From: Eledone cirrhosa
Taxonomy: Eukaryota
Direction: 5' to 3'
Assembly (NCBI GenBank): GCA_964016885.1
Contig: OZ024755.1
Coordinates: 44,764,001 to 44,828,000, forward strand
DNA length: 64,000 nt
Shown here: one piece after another, positions 13,001 through 28,000 of the stretch
Position numbering within the stretch: the stretch's first letter is position 1
Layout of the letters: each line of letters begins with the position of its first letter
Made by a program: the position numbers and the translations under genes
The notes under the pieces: generated by a model
Databases searched by the model: none
The model's input: the letters and a program-made list of their open reading frames with translations, nothing else
Told to the model about the DNA's origin: nothing

Positions 13001-16000
13001 GACAGTACCAACTTATAATGTGTACCACAGTTGACAGTACTAATATATACTGTGTACCACAGTTGACAGTACCAACATATACTGTGTACCACAGTTGACA
13101 GTACTAACATATACTGTGTACCACAGTTGACAGTACCAACTTATACTGTGTACCACAGTTGACAGTACCAACATATACTGTGTACCACAGTGGACAGTAC
13201 CAACGTATACTGTGTACCACAGTTGACAGTACCAACTTATACTGTGTACCACAGTTGACAGTACCAACTTATACTGTGTACCACAGTTGACAGTACTAAT
13301 ATATACTGTGTACCACAGTTGACAGTACCAACTTATACTGTGTACCAGAGTTGACAGTACCAACATATACTGTGTACCACAGTTGACAGTACCAACGTAT
13401 ACTGTGTACCACAGTTGACAGTACCAACGTATACTGTGTACCACAGTTGACAGTACCAACATATACTGTGTACAACAGTTGACAGTACCAACGTATACTT
13501 TGTACCACTGTTGACAGTACCAACGTATACTGTGTACCACAGTTGACAGTACCAACGTATACTGTGTACCACAGTTGACAGTACCAACATATACTGTGTA
13601 CAACAGTTGACAGTACCAACGTATACTGTGTACCACAGTGGACAGTACCAACGTATATGTGTACAACATATTGACAGTACCAACATATACTGTGCACCAC
13701 AGTTGAGAGTACCAACATATACTGTGTACCACAGTTGACAGTACCATCATATACTGTGTACCACAGTTGACAGTACCAACATATACTGTGTACCACAGTT
13801 GACAGTACTAACATATACTGTGTACCACAGTTGACAGTACCAACATATACTGTGTACCTCAGTTGACAATGTCAACATATACTGTGTACCACAGTTGACA
13901 GTACCAACATATACTGTGTACCAGAGTTGAGAGTACCAACATATACCGTGTACCACAGTTGATTGTACCAACATATAGTGTGTACCACAGTTGACAGTAC
14001 CAACATATACTGTGTACCAGTGTTGACAGTACCAACGTATACTGTGTACCACAGTTAACAGTATCAACATATACTGTGTACCACAGTTGACAGTACCAAC
14101 GTATACTGTGTACCACTGTTGACAGTACCAACATATACAGTGTACCACAGTTGACAGTACCAACATATACGGTGTACCACAGTTGACAGTACCAACATAT
14201 ACTGTTACCATAGTTGACAGTACCAACGTATACAGTGTACCACAGTTGACAGTACCAACATATACTGTGTACCACAGTTGACAGTACCAACATATACTAT
14301 GTACCATAGTTGACAGTACCAACGTCTACTGTATACCACAGTTGACAGTACCAACATATACCGTGTACCACAGTTGACAGTACCAACATATATTGTGTAC
14401 CACATTTGACAGTACCAACATATAACGTGTACCACATTTGACAGTACCAACGTATACTGTGTACCGCAGTTGACAGTACCAACATATACTGTGTACCACC
14501 GTTGACAGTACCAACATATACTGTGTATCAAAGTTGACAGTACCAACATATACCGTGTTACCACAGTTGAGAGTACCAACATATACTGTGTACCAAATTT
14601 GACAGTACCAACATATACTGTGTACCACTGTTGACAGTACCAACGTATACTGTGTACCACATTTAACAGTACCAACATATACTGTGTACCACAGTTATCA
14701 GTACCAACGTATACTGTGTACCACTGTTGACAGTACCAACATATACAGTGTACCACAGTTGACAGTACTAACATATACTGTGTACCATAGTTGACAGTAC
14801 CAACGTATACTGCGTACCACAGTTGACAGTACCAACATATACTGTGTACCACAGTTGACAGTACCAACATATACTGTGTACCATAGTTGAGAGTATCAAC
14901 GTATATGTGTACCACTGTTGTCAGTACTAACATATGCTGTTTACCACAGTTGACAGTACCAACATATACTGTGTACCACAGTTGACAGTACCAACATATC
15001 CTGTGTACCTCAGTTGACAGTACCAACATATACTGTGTACCACAGTTGACCGTACCAACATATACTATGTACCACAGTTGACAGTACCAACGTATACTGT
15101 GTACCTCAGTTGACAGTACCAACATATACTGTGTCCCACAGTTGACAGTACCAACATATACTGTGTACCACAGTTGACAGTACCAACATATACTGTGTAC
15201 CACAGTTGACAGTACCAACATATACTGTGTACCATAGTTGACAGTACCAACGTATACAGTGTACCACATTTGACAGTACCAACATATACCATGTACCACA
15301 GTTGACTGTACCAACATATACTGTGTACCACAGTTGACAGTACCAACATATATTGTGTACCATAGTTGACAGTTCCAACGTATACTGTGTACCACAGTTA
15401 ACAGTACCAACATATACTGTGTACCACAGTTGACAGTACCAACATATACTGTGTACCATAGTTGACAGTACCAACGTATACTGTGTACCATAGTTGACAG
15501 TACCAACATATACTGTGTCCCACAGTTGACAGTACCAACATATACTGTGTACCACAGTTGACAGTACCAACATATACTGTGTACCACAGTTGACATTACC
15601 AACATATACTGTGTACCATAGTTGACAGTACCAACGTATACTGTGTACCACAGTTGACAGTAGCAACATAAACAGTGTACCACAGTTGACAGTACCAACA
15701 TATACTGTGTACCACAGTTGACAGTACCAACATATATTGTGTACCATAGTTGACAGTACCAACGTATACTGTGTACCACAGTTAACAGTACCAACATATA
15801 CTGTGTACCACAGTTGACAGTACCAACATATACTGTGTACCATAGTTGACAGTACCAACGTATACTGTGTACCACAGTTGACAGTACCAATATATAATGT
15901 GTACCACCGTTGAGAGTACCAACATATACTGTGTATCACAGTTGACAGTACCAACATATACCGTGTTACCACAGTTGAGAGTACCAACATATACTGTGTA

Positions 16001-19000
16001 CCACAGTTGACAGTACCAACATATAATGTGTACCACTGTTGACAGTACCAACGTATACTGTGTACCACATTTAACAGTAACAACATATACAGTGTACCAC
16101 AGTTATCAGTACCAACGTACACTGTGTACCACTGTTGACAGTACCAACATATGCAGTGTACCACAGTTGACAGTACCAACATATACTGTGTACCACAGTT
16201 GAAAGTACCAAGGTATACACTGTACCACAGTTGAGAGTACCAACTTATACTGTGTACCACAGTTGACAGTACTAATATATACTGTGTACCACAGTTGACA
16301 GTACTAACATATACTGTGTACCACAGTTGACAGTACCAACGTATACTGTGTACCACAGTTGACAGTACCAACGTATATGTGTACCACTGTTGACAGTACT
16401 AACGTATACTGTGTACCACAGTTAAGAGTACCAACATATACTGTGTACCACAGTTGACAGTACCAACGTATACTGTGTACCACTGTTGACAGTACCAACA
16501 TATACAGTGTACCACAGTTGACAGTACCAACATATACTGTGTACCACAGTTGAGAGTACCAACTTATACTGTGTACCATAGTTGACAGTACCAACGTATA
16601 ATGTGTACCGCATTTGACAGTACCAACATATACTGTGTACCATATATGACAGTACCAACGTATACTGTGTACCTCAGTTGACAGTACCAACATATACCGT
16701 GTACCACAGTTGACAGTACCAACATATACTGTGTACCAGAGTTGACAGTACCAACATATACTGTTTACCACTGTTGACAGTACCAACATATACTGTGTAC
16801 CACAGTTGACAGTACCAACGTATACTGTGTACCACAGTTGAGAGTACCAACATATACCGTGTACCACAGTTGACATTACCAACATATACTGTGTACCATA
16901 GTTGACAGTACCAACGTATACTGCGTACCACAGTTGACAGTACCAACATATACTGTGTACCACAGTTGCCAGTACCAACATATACTGTGTACCATAGTTG
17001 ACAGTATCAACGTATATGTGTACCACTGTTGTCAGTACTAACATATGTTGTGTACCACAGTTGACAGTACCAACATATACTGTGTACCACAGTTGACAGT
17101 ACCGACATATCCTGTGTACATCAGTTGACAGTACCAACATATACTGTGTACCACAGTTGATCGTACCAACATATACTGTGTACCACAGTTGACAGTACTA
17201 ACGTATACTGTGTACCACAGTTGACAGTACCAACATATACTGTGTCCCACAGTTGACAGTACCAACGTATACTGTGTACCACAGTTGAGAGTACCAACTT
17301 ATACTGTGTACCACAGTTGACAGTACTAATATATACTGTGTACCACAGTTGAGAGTACCAAAATATACTGTGTACCACAGTTGACAGTACTAACATATAC
17401 TGTGTACCACAGTTGACGGTATCCACGTATGTGTACCACAGTTGACAGTATCAACGTATATCTGTACCACATATTGACAGTACCAACATATACTGTGTAC
17501 CACAGTTGACAGTACCAACATATATTGTGTACCATAGTTGACAGTACCAACGTATACTGTGTACCACAGTTGACAGTACCAACATATACTGTGTACCACA
17601 GTTGACAGTACCAACATATACTGTGTACCATAGTTGACAGTACCAACGTATACTGTGTACCACAGTTGACAGTACCAAAATATACCGTCTACCACAGTTG
17701 ACAGTACCAACATATACTGTGTACCAGATTTGACATTACCAACATATACTGTGTACCACAGTCGACAGTACCAACATATACCGTGTACCACAGTTGACAG
17801 TACCAACTTATACTGTGTACCACAGTTGACAGTACCAACATATAATGTGTAGCACCGTTGACAGTACCAACATATACTGTGTATCACAGTTGACAGTACC
17901 AACATATACTGTTTTACCACAGTTGAGAGTAACAACATATACTGTGTACCACAGTTGACAGTACCAACATATAATGTGTACCACTGTTGACAGTACCAAC
18001 GTATACTGTGTACTACATTTAACAGTAACAACATATACAGTGTACCACAGTTATCAGTACCAACGTTCACTGTGTACCACTGTTGACAGTACCAACATAA
18101 ACTGTGTACCACAGTTGACAGTACCAACATATACTGTGTACCACAGTTGACAGTACCAACGTATACTGTGTACCACAGTTGAGAGTACCAACTTATACTG
18201 TGTACCACTGTTGACAGTACTAACGTATACTGTGTACCACAGTTAAGAGTACCAACATATACTGTGTACCACAGTTGACAGTACCAACGTATACTGTGTA
18301 CCACTGTTGACAGTACCAACATATACAGTGTACCACAGTTGACAGTACCAACATATCCTGTGTACCACAGTTGACAGTACCAACTTATACTGTGTACCAT
18401 AGTTGACAGTACCAACGTATACTGTGTACCGCAGTGTACAGTACCAACATATACTGTGTACCATATATGACAGTACCAATGTATACTGTTTACCTCAGTT
18501 GACAGTACCGACATATACCGTGTACCACAGTTGACAGTACCAACATATACTGTGTACCAGAGTTGACAGTACCAACATATACTGTTTACCACTGTTGACA
18601 GTACCAACATATACTGTGTACCAGAGTTGACAGTACCGACGTATACTGTGCACCACAGTTGAGAGTACCAACATATACCGTGTACCACAGTTGACATTAC
18701 CAACATATACTGTGTACCATAGTTGACAGTACCAACGTATACTGCGTACCACAGTTGACAGTACCAACATATACTGTGTACCATAGTTGACAGTATCAAC
18801 GTATATGTGTAGCATTGTTGTCAGTAATAACATATGCTGTGTACCACAGTTGACAGTACCGACATATCCTGTGTACATCAGTTGACAGTACCAACATATA
18901 CTGTGTACCACAGTTGACAGTACCAACATATACTGTGTACCACAGTTGACAGTACCAACGTATACTGTGTACCACAGTTGACAGTACCAACTTATAATGT

Positions 19001-22000
19001 GTACCACAGTTGACAGCACTAATATATACTGTGTCCCAGAGTTGAGAGTACCAACATATACTGTGTACCACAGTTGACAGTACTAACATATACTGTGTAC
19101 CACAGTTGACAGTATCCACGTATGTGTACCACAGTTGACAGTATCAATGTATATCTGTACCACATATTGACAGTACCAACATATACTGTGTACCACAGTT
19201 GACAGTACCAACGTATACTGTGTACCACAGTTGACAGTACCAACGTATACTCTGTACCACAGTTGACAGTACCAACATATACTGTGTACCACAGTTAACA
19301 GTACCAACGTATACTTTGTACCACAGTTGACAGTACCAACGTATACTGTGTACCACAGTTGACAGTACCAACGTATATGTGTACAACATATTGACAGTAC
19401 CAACATATACTGTGTACCACAGTTGACAGTACCAACATATACTGTGTACCACAGTTGACAGTACCAACATATACTGTGTACCACAGTTGACAGTACGAAC
19501 ATATACTGTGTACCACAATTGACAGTACTAACATATACTGTGTAACACAGTTGAGCGTACCAATATATACTGTGTACCTCAGTTGACAATATCAACATAT
19601 ACTGTGTACCACAGTTGACAGTACCAAAATAAACTTATATGTGTACAACATATTGACAGTACCAACATATACAGTGTACCAACATATACTGTGTACCACA
19701 GTTGAGAGTACCAACATATACTGTGTATCAGAGTTGACAGTACCAACATATACCGTGTACCACAGTTGACAGTACCAAGGTATACTGTGTACCACAGTTG
19801 ACAGTACCAACGTATACTGTGTACCACAGTGGACAGTACCAACGTATATGTGTACAACATATTGACAGTAGCAACATATACAGTTTACCAACATATACTG
19901 TGTACCACAGTTGAGAGTACCAACACATACTGTGTATCACAGTTGACAGTACCAACATATACCGTGTACCACAGTTGAGAGTACCAACATATACTGTGTA
20001 TCACAGTTGACAGTACCAACATATACTGTGTACCACTGTTGACAGTACCAACGTATACTGTGTACCACAGTTAACAGTACCAACGTATACTGTGTACCAC
20101 AGTTGACAGTAGCAACATATACAGTGTACCACAGTTGACAATACCAACATATACTGTGTACCACAGTTGACAGTACCAACATATATTGTGTACCATAGTT
20201 GACAGTACCAACGTATACTGTGTACCACAGTTGACAGTACCAACATATACTGTGTACCACAGTTGACAGTACCAGCATATACTGTGTACCATAGTTGACA
20301 GTACCAACGTATACTGTGTACCACAGTTGACAGTACCAAAATATACCGTCTACCACAGTTGACAGTACCAACATATACTGTGTACCACAGTCGACAGTAC
20401 CAACATATACCGTGTACCACAGTTGACAGTACCAACTTATACTGTGTACCACAGTTGACAGTACCAACATATAATGTGTACCACCGTTGACAGTACCAAC
20501 ATATACTGTGTACCACAGTTGACAGTACCATCATATACTGTATACCACAGTTGACAGTACCAACATATACTGTGTACCATAGTTGACTGTACTAACATAT
20601 ACTGTGTACCACAGTTGACAGTACCAACATATACTGTGTAGCTCAGTTTACAATATCAACATATACTGTGTACCACAGTTGACAGTACCAACAGATACTG
20701 TGTACCACAGTTGACAGTACCAACATATACCGTGTACCACAGTTGAGAGTACCAACATATACTGTGTATCACAGTTGACAGTACCAACATATACCGTGTA
20801 CCACAGTTGAGAGTACCAACATATACTGTGTACCACAGTTGACAGTACCAACATATACTGTGTACCACTGTTGACAGTACCAACGTATACTGTGTACCAC
20901 AGTTAACAGTACCAACATATACTGTGTACCACACTTGACAGTACCAACGTATACTATGTACCATAGTTGACAATACCAACGTATACTGTGTACCACAGTT
21001 GAGAGTACCAACTTATACCATGTACCACAGTTGACAGAACCTACATATACCGTGTACCACAGTTGACAGTACCAACATATACTTTGTACCACAGTTGACA
21101 GTACCAACATATACCGTGTACCACATTTGACAGTACCAACGTATACTGTGTACCACAGTTGACAGTACCAACATATACTGTGTACCACCGTTGACAGTAC
21201 CAACATATACTGTGTATCACAGTTGACAGTACCAACATATACCGTGTTACCACATTTGAGAGTACCAACATTTACTGGGTAACGCAGTTGACATTACCAA
21301 CATATATTGTGTACCACTGTTGACAGTACCAACGTATACTGTGTACCACATTTAACAGTACCAACATATACTGTGTACCACCGTTATCAGTACCAACGTA
21401 TACAGTGTACCACTGTTGACAGTACCAACATATACAGTGTACCACATTTGACAGTACCAACATATAATGTGTATCATAGTTGACAGTACCAACGTATACT
21501 GCGTACCACAGTTGACAGTACCAACATATACTGTGTACCACAGTTGACAGTACCAACATATACCGTGCACCATAGTTGACAGTATCAACGTATATGTGTA
21601 CCACTGTTGTCAGTACTAACATATGCTGTTTACCACAGTTGACAGTACCAACATATACTGTGTACCACAGTTGACAGAACCAACATATACTGTGTACCAC
21701 AGTTGACAGTACCAACGTATACTGTGTACCATAGTTGACAGTACCAACATATACTGTGTACCACAGTTGACAGTACCAACATATACTGTGTACCACAGTT
21801 GACAGTACCAACATATACTGTGTACCATAGTTGACAGTACCAACGTATACTGTGTACGACATTTGACAGTACCAACATATACCGTGTACCACAGTTGACT
21901 GTACCGACATATTCTGTGTAGCACAGTTGACAGTACCAACATATACTGTGTACTACAGTTGACAGTACTAACATATACTGTGTACCACAGTTGACAGTAC

Positions 22001-25000
22001 CAACATATACTGTGTACCACAGTTGACAGTACCAACGTATACTGTGTACCACAGTTGACAGTACCAACATATATGGTGTACCACAGTTAACAGTACCAAC
22101 ATATACTGTATACCACAGTTGACAGTACCAACGTATACGGCGTACCACAGTTGATAGTACCAACATATACTCTGTACCACAGTTGACAGTACCAACATAT
22201 ACTGTGTACCACAGTTGACAGTACCAACATATACCGTGTACCACGGTTGACTGTACCACCAACATATACTGTGTACCACAGTTGACTGTACCATCATATA
22301 CTGTGTACCACAGTTGACAGGACCAACATATTCTGTGTACCACAGTTTAGAGTACTAACATATAATGTGTACCATAGTTGACACTACCAACGTATACTGT
22401 GTACCACAGTTGACACTACCAACATATACCGTGTACCACAGTTGACAGTACCTACATATACTGTGTACCAGAGTTGACAGTACCAACATATACTGTGTAC
22501 CACAGTTGACAGTAGCAAAATATACCGTGTACCACAGTTGACATTACCAACATATACTGTGTACCACAGTTGACAGTAGCAACATATATTGTGTATCACA
22601 GTTGACAGTACCAACATATACCGTGTACAACAGTTGACAATACCAACGTATACTGTGTACCATAGTTGACAGTACCAACGTATACTGTGTAACACATTTG
22701 ACAATACCATCATATAGGGTGTACCACAGTTGACAGTACCAACATATACTGTATACCACAGTTGACAGTACCAACATATACTGTGTACCATAGTTGACAG
22801 TACCAACGTATACTGTGTACCACAGTTGAGAGTACCAACATATAGTGTGTACCATAATTGACAGTACCAACGTATTCTGTGTACCACAGTTGACAGTACC
22901 AACGTATACTGTGTACCACAGTTGACAGTACCAACTTATAATGTGTACCACAGTTGACAGTACTAATATATACTGTGTACCACAGTTGACAGTACCAACA
23001 TATACTGTGTACCACAGTTGACAGTACTAACATATACTGTGTACCACAGTTGACAGTACCAACTTATACTGTGTACCACAGTTGACAGTACCAACATATA
23101 CTGTGTACCACAGTGGACAGTACCAACGTATACTGTGTACCACAGTTGACAGTACCAACTTATACTGTGTACCACAGTTGACAGTACCAACTTATACTGT
23201 GTACCACAGTTGACAGTACTAATATATACTGTGTACCACAGTTGACAGTACCAACTTATACTGTGTACCAGAGTTGACAGTACCAACATATACTGTGTAC
23301 CACAGTTGACAGTACCAACGTATACTGTGTACCACAGTTGACAGTACCAACGTATACTGTGTACCACAGTTGACAGTACCAACATATACTGTGTACAACA
23401 GTTGACAGTACCAACGTATACTTTGTACCACTGTTGACAGTACCAACGTATACTGTGTACCACAGTTGACAGTACCAACGTATACTGTGTACCACAGTTG
23501 ACAGTACCAACATATACTGTGTACAACAGTTGACAGTACCAACGTATACTGTGTACCACAGTGGACAGTACCAACGTATATGTGTACAACATATTGACAG
23601 TACCAACATATACTGTGCACCACAGTTGAGAGTACCAACATATACTGTGTACCACAGTTGACAGTACCAACATATACTGTGTACCACAGTTGACAGTACC
23701 AACATATACTGTGTACCACAGTTGACAGTACTAACATATACTGTGTACCACAGTTGACAGTACCAACATATACTGTGTACCTCAGTTGAAAATGTCAACA
23801 TATACTGTGTACCACAGTTGACAGTACCAACATATACTGTGTACCAGAGTTGAGAGTACCAACATATACCGTGTACCACAGTTGATTGTACCAACATATA
23901 GTGTGTACCACAGTTGACAGTACCAACATATACTGTGTACCAGTGTTGACAGTACCAACGTATACTGTGTACCACAGTTAACAGTATCAACATATACTGT
24001 GTACCACAGTTGACAGTACCAACGTATACTGTGTACCACTGTTGAGAGTACCAACATATACAGTGTACCACAGTTGACAGTACCAACATATACGGTGTAC
24101 CACAGTTGACAGTACCAACATATACTGTTACCATAGTTGACAGTACCAACGTATACAGTGTACCACAGTTGACAGTACCAACATATACTGTGTACCACAG
24201 TTGACAGTACCAACATATACTATGTACCATAGTTGACAGTACCAACGTCTACTGTATACCACAGTTGACAGTACCAACATATACCGTGTACCACAGTTGA
24301 CAGTACCAACATATACTGTGTACCACATTTGACAGTACCAACATATAACGTGTACCACATTTGACAGTACCAACGTATACTGTGTACCGCAGTTGACAGT
24401 ACCAACATATACTGTGTACCACCGTTGACAGTACCAACATATACTGTGTATCAAAGTTGACAGTACCAACATATACCGTGTTACCACAGTTGAGAGTACC
24501 AACATATACTGTGTACCAAATTTGACAGTACCAACATATACTGTGTACCACTGTTGACAGTACCAACGTATACTGTGTACCACATTTAACAGTACCAACA
24601 TATACTGTGTAGCACAGTTATCAGTACCAACGTATACTGTGTACCACTGTTGACAGTACCAACATATACAGTGTACCACAGTTGACAGTACTAACATATA
24701 CTGTGTACCATAGTTGACAGTACCAACGTATACTGCGTACCACAGTTGACAGTACCAACATATACTGTGTACCACAGTTGACAGTACCAACATATACTGT
24801 GTACCATAGTTGAGAGTATCAACGTATATGTGTACCACTGTTGTCAGTACTAACATATGCTGTTTACCACAGTTGACAGTACCAACATATACTGTGTACC
24901 ACAGTTGACAGTACCAACATATCCTGTGTACCTCAGTTGACAGTACCAACATATACTGTGTACCACAGTTGACCGTACCAACATATACTATGTACCACAG

Positions 25001-28000
25001 TTGACAGTACCAACGTATACTGTGTACCTCAGTTGACAGTACCAACATATACTGTGTCCCACAGTTGACAGTACCAACATATACTGTGTACCACAGTTGA
25101 CAGTACCAACATATATGTGTACCACAGTTGACAGTACCAACATATACTGTGTACCATAGTTGACAGTACCAACGTATACAGTGTACCACATTTGACAGTA
25201 CCAACATATACCATGTACCACAGTTGACTGTACCAACATATACTGTGTACCACAGTTGACAGTACCAACATATATTGTGTACCATAGTTGACAGTACCAA
25301 CGTATACTGTGTACCACAGTTAACAGTACCAACATATACTGTGTACCACAGTTGACAGTACCAACATATACTGTGTACCATAGTTGACAGTACCAACGTA
25401 TACTGTGTACCATAGTTGACAGTACCAACATATACTGTGTCCCACAGTTGACAGTACCAACATATACTGTGTACCACAGTTGACAGTACCAACATATACT
25501 GTGTACCACAGTTGACATTACCAACATATACTGTGTACCATAGTTGACAGTACCAACGTATACTGTGTACCACAGTTGACAGTAGCAACATAAACAGTGT
25601 ACCACAGTTGACAGTACCAACATATACTGTGTACCACAGTTGACAGTACCAACATATATTGTGTACCATAGTTGACAGTACCAACGTATACTGTGTACCA
25701 CAGTTAACAGTACCAACATATACTGTGTACCACAGTTGACAGTACCAACATATACTGTGTACCATAGTTGACAGTACCAACGTATACTGTGTACCACAGT
25801 TGACAGTACCAAAATATACCGTCTACCACAGTTGACAGTACCAACATATACTGTGTACCAGATTTGACAGTACCAACATGTACTGTGTACCACAGTCGAC
25901 AGTACCAACATATACCGTGTACCACGGTTGACAGTACCAACTTATACAGCGTACCACAGTTGACAGTACCAATATATAATGTGTACCACCGTTGAGAGTA
26001 CCAACGTATACTGTGTACCACATTTAACAGTAACAACATATACAGTGTACCACAGTTATCAGTACCAACGTACACTGTGTACCACTGTTGACAGTACCAA
26101 CATATGCAGTGTACCACAGTTGACAGTACCAACATATACTGTGTACCACAGTTGAAAGTACCAAGGTATACACTGTACCACAGTTGAGAGTACCAACTTA
26201 TACTGTGTACCACAGTTGACAGTACTAATATATACTGTGTACCACAGTTGACAGTACTAACATATACTGTGTACCACAGTTGACAGTACCAACGTATACT
26301 GTGTACCACAGTTGACAGTACCAACGTATATGTGTACCACTGTTGACAGTACTAACGTATACTGTGTACCACAGTTAGGAGTACCAACATATACTGTGTA
26401 CCACAGTTGACAGTACCAACGTATACTGTGTACCACTGTTGACAGTACCAACATATACAGTGTACCACAGTTGACAGTACCAACATATACTGTGTACCAC
26501 AGTTGAGAGTACCAACTTATACTGTGTACCATAGTTGACAGTACCAACGTATAATGTGTACCGCATTTGACAGTACAACATATACTGTGTACCATATATG
26601 ACAGTACCATCGTATACCGTGTACCACAGTTGACAGTACCAACATATACTGTGTACCAGAGTTGACAGTACCAACATATACTGTTTACCACTGTTGACAG
26701 TACCAACATATACTGTGTACCACAGTTGACAGTACCAACGTATACTGTGTACCACAGTTGAGAGTACCAACATATACCGTGTACCACAGTTGACATTACC
26801 AACATATACTGTGTACCATAGTTGACAGTATCAACGTATATGTGTACCACTGTTGTCAGTACTAACATATGCTGTGTACCACAGTTGACAGTACCAACAT
26901 ATACTGTGTACCACAGTTGACAGTACCGACATATCCTGTGTACATCAGTTGACAGTACCAACATATACTGTGTACCACAGTTGATCGTACCAACATATAC
27001 TGTGTACCACAGTTGACAGTACTAACGTATACTGTGTACCACAGTTGACAGTACCAACATATACTGTGTCCCACAGTTGACAGTACCAACGTATACTGTG
27101 TACCACAGTTGAGAGTACCAACTTATACTGTGTACCACAGTTGACAGTACTAATATATACTGTGTACCACAGTTGAGAGTACCAAAATATACTGTGTACC
27201 ACAGTTGACAGTACTAACATATACTGTGTACCACAGTTGACGGTATCCACGTATGTGTACCACAGTTGACAGTATCAACGTATATCTGTACCACATATTG
27301 ACAGTACCAACATACACTGTGTACCACAGTTGACAGTACCAACATATATTGTGTACCATAGTTGACAGTACCAACGTATACTGTGTACCACAGTTGACAG
27401 TACCAACATATACTGTGTACCACAGTTGAGAGTACCAACATATACTGTGTACCATAGTTGACAGTACCAACGTATACTGTGTACCACAGTTGACAGTACC
27501 AAAATATACCGTCTACCACAGTTGACAGTACCAACATATACTGTGTACCAGATTTGACAGTACCAACATATACTGTGTACCACAGTCGACAGTACCAACA
27601 TATACCGTGTACCACAGTTGACAGTACCAACTTATACTGTGTACCACAGTTGACAGTACCAACATATAATGTGTAGCACCGTTGACAGTACCAACATATA
27701 CTGTGTATCACAGTTGACAGTACCAACATATACTGTTTTACCACAGTTGAGAGTAACAACATATACTGTGTACCACAGTTGACAGTACCAACATATAATG
27801 TGTACCACTGTTGACAGTACCAACGTATACTGTGTACCACATTTAACAGTAACAACATATACAGTGTACCACAGTTATCAGTACCAACGTTCACTGTGTA
27901 CCACTGTTGACAGTACCAACATAAACTGTGTACCACAGTTGACAGTACCAACATATACTGTGTACCACAGTTGACAGTACCAACGTATACTGTGTACCAC

